64,000 nt of DNA from Thermoproteota archaeon (GTDB lineage Archaea > Thermoproteota > Thermoprotei > Thermofilales > B9-G17). The position numbers and the translations under genes were made by a program. Location of the stretch: positions 96,001 to 160,000 of the forward strand of contig JAPDJW010000002.1 in the NCBI GenBank assembly GCA_029258885.1. The letters run 5' to 3'. Below the pieces are notes generated by a model. That model searched no databases. It was not told the DNA's origin and saw only the letters and a list, made by a program, of their open reading frames with translations. This document shows positions 54,930-64,000 of the stretch, one piece after another. Every line of letters starts with the position of its first letter. Position 1 is the first letter of the stretch.

Positions 54930-55006
54930 GCTTCATATATATTTAAAGCTTACTGATATATACCGAAACAATTATTATCTCATGTCTGAATAATAGGCTG
55001 CTCGGC

Positions 55007-55390
55007 TTGAGCTATATGACGGCTAAAAGCTTATCTTTTAAGATTAATAGAGATAATGTAAGGAGGAGGTGGAGGTACTATGTAATATGGACGCCTATAT
55101 GGTTCACCCTAACATACGCTTTTCTCAATACTTCACCTATCCTATACATACTTCAGCTTCTATTCATACTTAAGGATATATCCGACATAGTGTTCAAATT
55201 CGACTATATGCCTGAATTCTTCGAGCACCTACCTTTCTCATTAGCTACATTTATTTTCGCCTCTATGCTACTAAACGACATAAGTCTGCTAGTCCTAGCG
55301 CTAATCGATTTAATCCTAGATACATACGAGGATCTATGCGTGAAGAAGGATCACTATAAATGGAGGATTAAAGAATGGCTATCAAGGTAG
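55007..55390 (+). CDS. Hypothetical membrane protein
   Basis: 127-aa hydrophobic ORF overlapping the HAD gene start. Confidence 0.55.
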   Translation: MSYMTAKSLSFKINRDNVRRRWRYYVIWTPIWFTLTYAFLNTSPILYILQLLFILKDISDIVFKFDYMPEFFEHLPFSLATFIFASMLLNDISLLVLALIDLILDTYEDLCVKKDHYKWRIKEWLSR

Positions 55391-55995
55391 TATCCTTCGA
55401 CGTAAACGGAACACTACTAAACTGTAATGAATTCATAGATAAATTCTGGTACCAAGAAATACCAAGGCTATACTCTGAAAAATACGGGGTATCATTTAGT
55501 GAGGCTCTAAATAGAATAAAGCGCGACTACAATCTAGTAGGACCAAACGATTTAAGGTGGTATTTACCAAACTATTGGTTCATGCTATACGGTTTTGATC
55601 AGACGCCTGAGGAAATACTAATGAAACTAATACCTAGAGTAAATATCGGGATAATTGATGGCGCCGATAAAGTAGTCGAAAAACTTGCAGAAAAATACGT
55701 CCTAATAGCCATCTCCTCACAATCGATAGAATTCCTAAAGGCGGAGGCATATCACATAAAGTTCTTCCAAAACTTCCTAGAATTATTTTCAGCGCCCTCA
55801 CATTTTAAAGCAACATGTAAAACACCAAACCTATACAGGAAAGTCTGCGAGATACTATCAATAAAACCGGTAGAAATAATTCACATAGGAGATGATCCAA
55901 CTTATGATTATGAAATGGCAAATAAAGCTGGTATAAGAGCGGAAGCACTAGGGAAAACGATAAGAAATCTTCATGAATTGATAAGGATATTGTAA
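55375..55995 (+). CDS. HAD-superfamily hydrolase
   Basis: FDVNGTL motif I and HIGDD...D motif IV. Confidence 0.88.
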   Translation: MAIKVVSFDVNGTLLNCNEFIDKFWYQEIPRLYSEKYGVSFSEALNRIKRDYNLVGPNDLRWYLPNYWFMLYGFDQTPEEILMKLIPRVNIGIIDGADKVVEKLAEKYVLIAISSQSIEFLKAEAYHIKFFQNFLELFSAPSHFKATCKTPNLYRKVCEILSIKPVEIIHIGDDPTYDYEMANKAGIRAEALGKTIRNLHELIRIL

Positions 55996-56353
55996 TAATA
56001 ATCTCAACTAAATTTTAATTTCATCATATCTCAGTAGCAGAAATCAAATCTAATATTTGCAACCAATAAGCTATTCAGGAATAATAATATTCTGAGGTAA
56101 TTTGAAGGAGAATTTTCGGATTAACTATAGTAATATCGATTGCTGTAGTTTTCACAGTACCAGTGATGTCAGGCAGTAGAGTAGGTATATTCGTATTAAG
56201 GCATTAACTGAGTGTAGTTGGTTTTCCATTAAGCTTTATTACCGTATAGGTTTCATATTTATTGATTTCGTTCTGAAATTGCGAGCTAATGCAATGCTAC
56301 AAAGCTTTATATAAGACAACCCGGATATATCCTGTAAACTAGGTGAATGGACT

Positions 56354-56602
56354 GTGGATGAAAACAATAAGGAAATACTTAGGAAACTTAATGAATTGGA
56401 GGAGAGAATTAGCAAGATCGAGAAATACCTAGTTGAGCTACATACCTTCCTTATGGAGCTCATATCATATGAACTCAATGTCGATATAGAGGAGGATGAA
56501 GCCCTAAACTACATAGATGTAAGGGAATATGATTCAGAGAGCATAAAAAAGGCACTACTACAGATAAAAACGTTCTTCATAGAGGGGACTGAAGGAAACT
56601 AA
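56354..56602 (+). CDS. Small acidic coiled-coil hypothetical protein
   Basis: 82-aa ORF with an upstream GGTGA. Confidence 0.55.
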   Translation: MDENNKEILRKLNELEERISKIEKYLVELHTFLMELISYELNVDIEEDEALNYIDVREYDSESIKKALLQIKTFFIEGTEGN

Positions 56603-56635
56603 ATTTCTTAGCTCCCTTATACCTTCCTTGATAAT

Positions 56636-57103
56636 TTACTCGAAGATTTTCTCTTTCATACCTTCAAGCTCGAAGAACAGTATCTGAGCCCGCTTAATCT
56701 TAATATACTTAACACCATCTTTTTCAGCGATATCGTAATCCAGAACAATCTTAGTCGGCGCCTCGCTAATACCCTCCTTATTTATAAACTCGATGAGTTC
56801 ACCAGCTACAGTCCTCCAGTTTGCACTACTTAACTCCCTATCAACACCCTGCTCCTTAACTAGTCTGCCTAGGGTAGCATAGTAGGCTTTACGTAGGGTA
56901 AACATTGCACTCCTAGCGCTTGGGGAGATGCCCGTCTGAATAGTCCTCTCCCCACCTACAATCTCAATAACCTTCAATGTATCCCTAATGCTCCTACAGA
57001 GCCTCTCCAGATAGCTCTTAGCAACATCGGGAACAGCACCTGCCTTTATACTCTCATCAATCTTAGCCACAACATCATTTAGGGACTTTATGATCTCCTC
57101 CAT
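56636..57103 (-). CDS. Hypothetical protein, possibly ThermoDBP-related (DUF2258-like)
   Basis: TIQTG...LRKAYYATL...KIVLDYDI..DG pattern, by recalled similarity only. Confidence 0.55.
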   Translation of the reverse strand: MEEIIKSLNDVVAKIDESIKAGAVPDVAKSYLERLCRSIRDTLKVIEIVGGERTIQTGISPSARSAMFTLRKAYYATLGRLVKEQGVDRELSSANWRTVAGELIEFINKEGISEAPTKIVLDYDIAEKDGVKYIKIKRAQILFFELEGMKEKIFE

Positions 57104-57202
57104 ATACGATCACCAATTAAAATAGATATAATCCAAAATTTAAATCTTTCAAATAAAATTAGGCCAACATCAAATAACAATTTAAATTATAACAATCTCG
57201 TT

Positions 57203-57628
57203 CTAACATTTAACTAAATCCCGAGGATCAATACGCTTTATACCCGGTATAGCGTCAAAAACCTTGTCAGTTGAAATAATAGTACGATCTTCAACCATAC
57301 TTAATAGGGTTGCCGCATAGTAGGCGTCAAAAACCGAGCTAAGATTATATTGCCGCATTAACGTAAACGCCAGCAAATCTACAGTATAATTAGTATCTAT
57401 AAACTCGAGGTTCTCTATAGCGGTAACTGAAGCTATTCTTTCAATAAATTCATCAAGCGATACTCCTTCAGCCATTGAGACATAATACATTTCATGTAAA
57501 GCTTCCCTAGAAGCATAAACTATACCCAACTCGCCCCTTTCAATCATGTTAATAACTTCCATGGCTACAGGCTTTAACCAGTCATGCGGCTTAACATAAG
57601 CATACAATATATCTGTTTCAATCATCAT
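57203..57628 (-). CDS. vapC: PIN-domain toxin (VapC)
   Basis: MIETDILYA, ALHEMY, FDAYYAAT and ISTDKVFD. Confidence 0.88.
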   Translation of the reverse strand: MMIETDILYAYVKPHDWLKPVAMEVINMIERGELGIVYASREALHEMYYVSMAEGVSLDEFIERIASVTAIENLEFIDTNYTVDLLAFTLMRQYNLSSVFDAYYAATLLSMVEDRTIISTDKVFDAIPGIKRIDPRDLVKC

Positions 57629-57873
57629 AACTGTCCCCTATGTTTTGCCCTCTTAACAGCATCCTCCCGTGCAAGCTTCTCCGCAAGCTTCTTCAATTCC
57701 CTTCTGCTTTTAGTAGTCTTAAGCCAGCCCGAAGCTTTAACACTAGGCTTAGGTGGAAGGGGTATAACGACAATAAAGCTTCCTGCTGGAATAACTATAG
57801 CTCTGGTACTCCTAACCCCAGTCCATTTCGGTAAGGTTAAACGCCCCCTTTCATCTACTTTGACCACAGACAT
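57625..57873 (-). CDS. vapB: AbrB-type antitoxin (VapB)
   Basis: MSVVKVDERGRLTLPK; ATG at 57873; ATGA overlap with vapC. Confidence 0.82.
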   Translation of the reverse strand: MSVVKVDERGRLTLPKWTGVRSTRAIVIPAGSFIVVIPLPPKPSVKASGWLKTTKSRRELKKLAEKLAREDAVKRAKHRGQL

Positions 57874-57991
57874 ATTATAATCCCCTAAAATAAATATTTC
57901 ACCCACATTTTAATTTTTCTCCCACACACATGGACGTTTCCTCTCGACAGTAAAGTAATTTAAGGTTGGTGGTATTGAAACATTGGTGGAT

Positions 57992-59308
57992 ATGCCATCT
58001 ATAGTTGTTGTGGGCGCTCAATGGGGAGATGAGGGAAAGGGCAAGATCATAGATTATCTTGCCAAGTACGTTGATGTAATAGTTAGGTATAATGGTGGGG
58101 CAAATGCTGGGCACACGGTTAACATTAAGGGCAGGAAGTACGTGTTTCATCTTCTTCCATCGGGTGCACTATATAGTGGGAAAACGCTTGTAATTGGAAA
58201 TGGAGTAGTCGTGGATGTAGCGCAGCTATTAGATGAAATAAGGACTGTTGAAGAGGCTGGGTATAGGGTAAACTTGATTTTAAGCAATAGAGCTCACGTC
58301 GTAATGCCGTGGCATAAGCTAATAGATAAAGCAAGCGGAGGAAAAATAGGAACTACTGGCAGGGGTATAGGGCCAACGTACACCGATAAAATGTGGAGGA
58401 AGACGGCGGTACGGATATCGGATCTAATAAGCCGAAACTTCAGGGATAAGCTTAGAGAAATCCTAAAGCTAAAGGAGCATGAACTCAAACATTATGGCAT
58501 TATCGGCGATTCAGTCGAAGAGTATCTTGAGGAGGTATACTCCAGCCTATCCAAGCTGGTCGAGGCCATTAAACCGTATGTTGACGACGTATCGCTGAGA
58601 TTAAACGAGTTCCTGGATCAAGGCAAATGGGTGTTATTTGAGGGGGCACAGGGAACAATGCTAGATGTGGATCACGGAACCTATCCATACGTAACATCCT
58701 CAAACACGATATCGGGGGGTGCATGTACCGGAGCTGGAGTACCTCCTACGAGGATAGATGTTGTGTTAGGTGTAGCAAAGGCATACACTACTAGAGTGGG
58801 GAAGGGTCCTATGCCTACCGAAATACGTGGAGAGATCGCTGAGCATATTAGGGAGAAGGGGGGAGAATACGGTGCAACAACCGGTAGGCCTAGGAGGATA
58901 GGCTGGCTCGACCTAGTGGTATTAAAGTATGCTAGGAGGATAAACGGCTTCTCAAATCTTGCCCTAACAAAGCTGGACGTCCTCTCAGGCATAAAAACGA
59001 TAAAGATAGCCATAGGATACGAGCTCGACGGAAGGAAGATAGACTATATACCAGCAAGCTCAGAGGAGTATGCTAGGGTAAAGCCGATCTACGTAGAATT
59101 TCCCGGATGGAGGGATATAAGTAGGGATGAATGGAGGGAAATTGCTAGAAGCGGAGTATCAACTATGCCAAAGGAGGCCATAAAATACGTCAACTTTATC
59201 CGGGAGGAGCTAAACGTAGACATAGCCATAATATCAGTAGGGCCGAGCAGGGAGGAAACAATACTTCTAAAGGACGTATTTAATATAAAGGAGTGGGGAA
59301 GATATTGA
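57992..59308 (+). CDS. purA: Adenylosuccinate synthetase
   Basis: GAQWGDEGKGK, GGANAGHT, IGTTGRGIGP, FEGAQG and GATTGRPRR. Confidence 0.97.
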   Translation: MPSIVVVGAQWGDEGKGKIIDYLAKYVDVIVRYNGGANAGHTVNIKGRKYVFHLLPSGALYSGKTLVIGNGVVVDVAQLLDEIRTVEEAGYRVNLILSNRAHVVMPWHKLIDKASGGKIGTTGRGIGPTYTDKMWRKTAVRISDLISRNFRDKLREILKLKEHELKHYGIIGDSVEEYLEEVYSSLSKLVEAIKPYVDDVSLRLNEFLDQGKWVLFEGAQGTMLDVDHGTYPYVTSSNTISGGACTGAGVPPTRIDVVLGVAKAYTTRVGKGPMPTEIRGEIAEHIREKGGEYGATTGRPRRIGWLDLVVLKYARRINGFSNLALTKLDVLSGIKTIKIAIGYELDGRKIDYIPASSEEYARVKPIYVEFPGWRDISRDEWREIARSGVSTMPKEAIKYVNFIREELNVDIAIISVGPSREETILLKDVFNIKEWGRY

Positions 59309-60696
59309 GCGAGAATAGGCATTTTGGTCTAGCAATATCCCCTGTAGATGGGAGATATAGGAGGATAGTTGAGGAGCTGGCGGAGTTCTTTTCGGAATAC
59401 GCCCTAATGAGGCTTAGAGTATACATTGAGCTTGAATACTTAATCCATTTATCCGAGTTCACTAAAGGCAAGGTCGTAAGGAGGCTATCGGATAGCGAGA
59501 AGGATAGGATACGAAGTATAGCTAGAAACTTTAGCTTAAAGGATTTCGATAGGGTGAAGGCGTTGGAAGCCGAAACACGCCACGACGTTAAAGCTGTAGA
59601 GTATTTTCTCAGGGAAAAGCTCATCGAGAATATGTTATCCGACCTAATACCAATGATACACTTCGGTCTAACATCGGAGGACGTAAATAACCTAGCATAC
59701 TCAATAGCTATAAGAGACTTCACTAGAAAGCTCTTCATAACATCCATAAACAGGCTATTAAAACAGTTATCAAAGCTAGCTAGGGAACACAAGGCAACAC
59801 CCATGCTAGCTAGAACCCACGGCCAGCCGGCATCGCCAACAACCCTAGGGAAAGAGCTCGCCGTCTTCATCTATAGGATATTCCGCTACAAGGAGAAGCT
59901 GGAGACAGCGGAGCTGCCCGGGAAATTGAGTGGAAGCGTTGGAAACTTCAACTCATTCACCGCAGCATACCCTGAGGTAAATTGGCTGGAATTCAGTAAA
60001 AGCTTTATCGAAAAACTAGGCTTAAAATATTATCCAATAACAACCCAAATTCTACCGCACGACGAGATATCGGATATCCTCTGCTTATACCATGGGTTAT
60101 GTAATGTTCTAATAGATTTATGTAGGGACTTATGGCTATACTGTAGCTACGGGTATCTAGAGCTACAGACGGGAAGGAAAACCGTAGGCTCCTCTGTCAT
60201 GCCACACAAGGTGAATCCAATAGAATTTGAGAATGCTGAGGGAAACCTACAGATAGCATCGGAGCTTTTAAGTTTTGCATCCGCTAAACTGCAGATATCG
60301 AGGCTACAGAGGGATTTATCCGACTCAACGGTGAAGAGGAACTATGGAGTAATATTCGCACATATAATGATTGCAATATATAATATTATAAAGGGGCTAA
60401 GCAAGATACGGGTAAACGTAGAGAGAATGGAGCAGGATCTAATGGAAAACTCCCAGGTACTATCGGAGGCATACCAGACTATCCTCCGGAGCAGAGGATA
60501 TGGAGAAGCCTACGAAATTGTGGCGGAAAAGGTCAAGGGGAGGAAGCTAAGTCTGGAAGAAATGAGGGAGATAGCTAGAAGCCTTAATGTAGACGATGAA
60601 ACCAGGAAGATGCTGATAGATCTAGATCCGAGAAAGTACGTAGGGATAGCGGATAAGCTAGTGGAATATGTCCTGAGTATCGTGGATATCTTCTAG
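59293..60696 (+). CDS. purB: Adenylosuccinate lyase
   Basis: ISPVDGRY, RTHGQPASPTT, GSSVMPHKVNP and SRLQRDLSDST. Confidence 0.96.
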   Translation: MGKILSENRHFGLAISPVDGRYRRIVEELAEFFSEYALMRLRVYIELEYLIHLSEFTKGKVVRRLSDSEKDRIRSIARNFSLKDFDRVKALEAETRHDVKAVEYFLREKLIENMLSDLIPMIHFGLTSEDVNNLAYSIAIRDFTRKLFITSINRLLKQLSKLAREHKATPMLARTHGQPASPTTLGKELAVFIYRIFRYKEKLETAELPGKLSGSVGNFNSFTAAYPEVNWLEFSKSFIEKLGLKYYPITTQILPHDEISDILCLYHGLCNVLIDLCRDLWLYCSYGYLELQTGRKTVGSSVMPHKVNPIEFENAEGNLQIASELLSFASAKLQISRLQRDLSDSTVKRNYGVIFAHIMIAIYNIIKGLSKIRVNVERMEQDLMENSQVLSEAYQTILRSRGYGEAYEIVAEKVKGRKLSLEEMREIARSLNVDDETRKMLIDLDPRKYVGIADKLVEYVLSIVDIF

Positions 60697-60698
60697 CC

Positions 60699-62966
60699 TT
60701 ACCTTCTTTTACCCAGCTTGAAGACCAGTATAAGTGCGATCACTAGGAGAAGCGAGAGTATTATTGTTTGAATGTCGATGCCTCCCTTTTCCTCTTCGAT
60801 TGCCTCAAACTTTATTTCAAGCTTTCCTCCAAGATATCTATCGGTCTCAGGTACTTCTACTATTACAGTCCAATTACCTTTCTTATTGACTTCGATGGAA
60901 TATCTAAAGTTGCCCTTTTCATCTATCTCCAAAATCTTTTCTACGGCCATGTTAGCGGGATCAATTATCTTCAAGATTACGTTTTGAAGCTCCTCAGATG
61001 GCTTAACGTATCCGGAAATATTCACCTTTATTCCAAGCTTAACTCTATCCTCTACTCCGCTGATGTTAATCTCTCTTAAGCCCTTAAGTACGGCAACATT
61101 TACAATGTTCGATATGCTCGGCTTATACCTTTCGGAGCCGAAGAAGCATGCTCTAAAACTGTAGTTTCCCGGGTCAAGCCTAATGCTGAACGTAAATCGA
61201 CCACTGGAGTCCGTGGAAACAACCTCCACTCCCTTCCACAGGTTGCCGACCTTCCTCTCTATCAGAATATCCACCTTAATTGGAGGATCTATACTGCCGC
61301 TTAAGGTCACGTTCTCAGGATACCTAAACTCGGGTTTAGCTGTAGAGAGAGTTAAGCTGGTTTCCCTTTTAACAGCTGGGCGTCTCGATATATCGGCGTA
61401 AAACTTGGCTATTCTAGCCTTCACGTAGGAGCTGACGTACTTATTCTCATTAAACAGCTGGACTGCCTCATTGTAAAGCTCATCAGCCTTATCGATTAGG
61501 GTAACTCTATTATCTTGACGCGCCCTACTTATAGCCTCAGCGGCCTTATTAATTGAGTCCTGGACGAAACTTATACATTCGCTTAAATTCAGTTCCTTAG
61601 CTAAAGCTATGCTTTCATTAGCATACTTAACAGCTAAATCGTACCTACCACACCCGAACATAAGCTTAGCTTTAAGAAGCCTATCCATGGCCGAGACAGG
61701 TATTATCTCCTCAGCAATAAGCTCCAAGACGGCCTCCGTAGCATTCTCAAATACGAACCTATAGGCTTCAAGCACTTCCTCGCTAACGTCATACTCTCCT
61801 ATTAGGCTCAGCGCATTGGTTACAATAGGATCCTTCATGAAGTACTTCCATATACTAGAGTTAAGGTAATTTGCTATAGTTAGCAGTATCATGCCTTGGT
61901 CTAAAGCCAAGTAATCCTCGTCAACAATGCCTGAAACCAGGTTAACCGAATCCTTAAATCCCAGATCCTCCCTGACGCCCATCTCCTCAAGCATTAGGAG
62001 ATTAAGGAAAACGCGTTCTGGAAAATACAGTAAAGCTAAGACCGAGGCGTGCGGAGTAGCCACAGCAAAATTCATGCCGTATCCGCCCTCAGGTATATCA
62101 CATGGAGAAAAGCCCCAGACAGGATAACCTTGATCATTAGCGAACGTCATTTGAGCAATAGTCACATTAATTGTAGATCTGCATATAAACGAGCCCCTCT
62201 CGTCAACGAATATTCCGGGCATATAGTATATGAAGAGGCCAGCCTTCCACCCCCAAAGGAAGGAAATATTCCTATAGAACTGCATATCTCTCTTTAAAGC
62301 AAACCAGTGTTCAGCCGGGATCTTACCTGAACCTATGCCGATTAAACTGGCCATGCGTGATTCTATAGCTAAATAGTCATAATGAGCCGAAGTATAGTGC
62401 TTACCTATACTATCATATCCTATATAGAGGAGCTTAGCGCTCGAGTCATACAATTTATCCCACTCCATCATGTCCAGAAGCTTAGTTATGTTCTCATAAA
62501 GCTCTGGGAAGGCGTTCCTAGCAACTATTAAGCCAGCTGCATACCATCCAGCATCAACAGAGGACACAAAGTTACCCCAAATAGGGGACAACGTCTCTGC
62601 ATTATACCAGTTAAAGGGTATACCGTGCCACTTCTCAAGCTTCAATAATGTCTCCACAGTCTTCTTAGCTCGACTTAAAGCTTCATCCCTATCTATAAAG
62701 CCGAGATCATACGCCGCAACGATAGAAGCCAAATATAGCCCCATGTTAGTTATCGAAGTCTGAGGATTTCCCGGCGTACTTCTATCGTAAGGCAACCCCG
62801 TCCAGTTACACGTATATCTTACGAAGCAATTCCAAGTATCCCTAGCAAGCTCCAATAGATAATTTTTAAGTTTATCCGGAATAGCTCTAGCCATATTACC
62901 TCTATTAGTAATGGTAAGCGAGGATATAATTAGAATTGTTATTAAAGCTAACGATAAGTGCTTCAT
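60699..62966 (-). CDS. Secreted, membrane-anchored glucoamylase-like (GH144/DUF3131-type) glycoside hydrolase with Ig-like domains
   Basis: Signal peptide; TGLPYD, TSITNMGLY, SSVDAGW, ESRMAS, WGFS, TPHASVLAL, GFKDSVN and LDQGM; C-terminal TM anchor. Confidence 0.8.
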   Translation of the reverse strand: MKHLSLALITILIISSLTITNRGNMARAIPDKLKNYLLELARDTWNCFVRYTCNWTGLPYDRSTPGNPQTSITNMGLYLASIVAAYDLGFIDRDEALSRAKKTVETLLKLEKWHGIPFNWYNAETLSPIWGNFVSSVDAGWYAAGLIVARNAFPELYENITKLLDMMEWDKLYDSSAKLLYIGYDSIGKHYTSAHYDYLAIESRMASLIGIGSGKIPAEHWFALKRDMQFYRNISFLWGWKAGLFIYYMPGIFVDERGSFICRSTINVTIAQMTFANDQGYPVWGFSPCDIPEGGYGMNFAVATPHASVLALLYFPERVFLNLLMLEEMGVREDLGFKDSVNLVSGIVDEDYLALDQGMILLTIANYLNSSIWKYFMKDPIVTNALSLIGEYDVSEEVLEAYRFVFENATEAVLELIAEEIIPVSAMDRLLKAKLMFGCGRYDLAVKYANESIALAKELNLSECISFVQDSINKAAEAISRARQDNRVTLIDKADELYNEAVQLFNENKYVSSYVKARIAKFYADISRRPAVKRETSLTLSTAKPEFRYPENVTLSGSIDPPIKVDILIERKVGNLWKGVEVVSTDSSGRFTFSIRLDPGNYSFRACFFGSERYKPSISNIVNVAVLKGLREINISGVEDRVKLGIKVNISGYVKPSEELQNVILKIIDPANMAVEKILEIDEKGNFRYSIEVNKKGNWTVIVEVPETDRYLGGKLEIKFEAIEEEKGGIDIQTIILSLLLVIALILVFKLGKRR

Positions 62967-63179
62967 GATATCACTCCTAAGCTATTCACTGGCTTCATAT
63001 ATTTAAACTTTAAAGCATCATATTTAAAATAGAGCTTATTAGAGTAAGAATCTAACATATAGATGCATTAAAATATAGTAATATCATAATATTTTTGCGA
63101 ATTAGGGTTTTATAATAAAACTTAAATATGATGTTTTTTAAAGAATATATGTTGATAATATGCAGATAAGGTTTTAAAA

Positions 63180-64000
63180 ATGAAGAATATGCTTGGTTAT
63201 TTTTCACATAGGGGTAAAGAATTTATTATCACGTCATATAATTTACCGAGGCCCTGGATAAACATACTTTCAAATGGAAAATATGGGGTACTGCTTTCAC
63301 ATACAGGAGGAGGCTTCAGCTGGCTTATAGACTGTAATCTGAATAGGATAACGAAGTGGTATCAGGACGTCTACAGCGATATGGACGGCAGGTATCTATA
63401 CATAAGAGATAAGGATACGGGGGAGTATTGGTCGCCTACCTATAAGCCTGTCATGAGGGATCTGGATAGCTACGAGTGTAGGCATGGCTTAGGATATAGC
63501 GTAATCAGGAGTAGCTATAAGGGTGTGGAGACGGAGATAATATTCTTCGTCCCTAGGGAGGATACGCTTGAAGTATGGATAGTAAAGCTTAAAAATAATA
63601 CGGGAAGACTGAAAAAACTTGAAGTTTTTACGTATGTTGAATGGTGGCTTGGAACGGCCTACGATATAGACAGGCAATTTCATGGTTTGTTCTATGATTT
63701 ATGGGTTGAGGATAACGTAATGTTTGTAACAAAATATTTTTGGACAGGATACGATGGAAGCTGGAATAGATCATGGGACTATATAGCCTTTCTAGCGACC
63801 TCGATAGCTCCAAGCGGATTCGAGGGAAGTAGGGTTAACTTCGTAGGAAGTGGTGGATCAATTAGAGATCCAGTAGCAGTTAGGGAGGGTGTATGTACAA
63901 ACACTAGTGGGCGGGGCTTTGAGCCAGTAGGCGTGTTTAAGCTCAATATATCCTTAAAGCCAGAAGAGGAGAGAACATTCATAGTTTTAATAGGTGTTGG
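63180..64000 (+). CDS. GH94 glycoside phosphorylase, N-terminal part (runs off the window end; not in the ORF track)
   Basis: Open frame from ATG 63180: LPRPWINILSNGKYG..SHTGGGFS...RITKW...YLYIRD..TGEYWSPT...YECRHGLGYS...FVP...EVW..KLKN. Confidence 0.9.
   Translation, partial: MKNMLGYFSHRGKEFIITSYNLPRPWINILSNGKYGVLLSHTGGGFSWLIDCNLNRITKWYQDVYSDMDGRYLYIRDKDTGEYWSPTYKPVMRDLDSYECRHGLGYSVIRSSYKGVETEIIFFVPREDTLEVWIVKLKNNTGRLKKLEVFTYVEWWLGTAYDIDRQFHGLFYDLWVEDNVMFVTKYFWTGYDGSWNRSWDYIAFLATSIAPSGFEGSRVNFVGSGGSIRDPVAVREGVCTNTSGRGFEPVGVFKLNISLKPEEERTFIVLIGV

Noticed and set aside
56163-56212. GTGATGT...CTGA possible C/D sRNA
   Set aside because: Box C is imperfect, there are no internal D'/C' boxes, and the putative guide is AT-rich
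1-64000. CRISPR array, tRNA or rRNA genes
   Set aside because: No regularly spaced repeats, cloverleaf/T-loop signatures or rRNA-like tracts were seen by eye; the only repeats found are intragenic or IS ends

Overview
Archaeal chromosomal window, probably from a thermophilic TACK/Thermoproteota-type organism. This is inferred from gene content, archaeal TATA boxes, class III signal peptides and a C/D-box sRNA. Positions 1-21 kb hold a large type IV pilus-like locus. It contains a TadC/ArlJ-type platform gene, an intein-containing TadA/VirB11-type ATPase with an extra C-terminal winged helix, and about 11 pilin or pilin-like genes. Three of these are modular 'GAIGYGTRP' pilin-adhesin paralogues with different C-terminal domains, and the likely major pilin is coupled to a GT-C glycosyltransferase gene. 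At the end of the platform/minor-pilin run sit two roadblock (MglB-like) genes and the start of an MglA-like P-loop GTPase that the ORF track missed. The rest is mostly housekeeping and transport: MNT/HEPN and VapBC toxin-antitoxin genes, ogt, PiT/DUF47, gcvH, a LIV-type ABC transporter, a membrane-embedded double-AAA ATPase, PhoU, purA/purB, and a GH144-like plus GH94 pair. Features absent from the ORF track include a 259-bp ISH4-group (IS1595) deletion derivative with TIRs and an 8-bp TSD, a canonical C/D-box guide RNA, frameshifted pseudogenes, and the truncated GTPase and GH94 genes at the window edges. I saw no CRISPR array, tRNA or rRNA. All family assignments come from motif recognition by eye, not from database searches.
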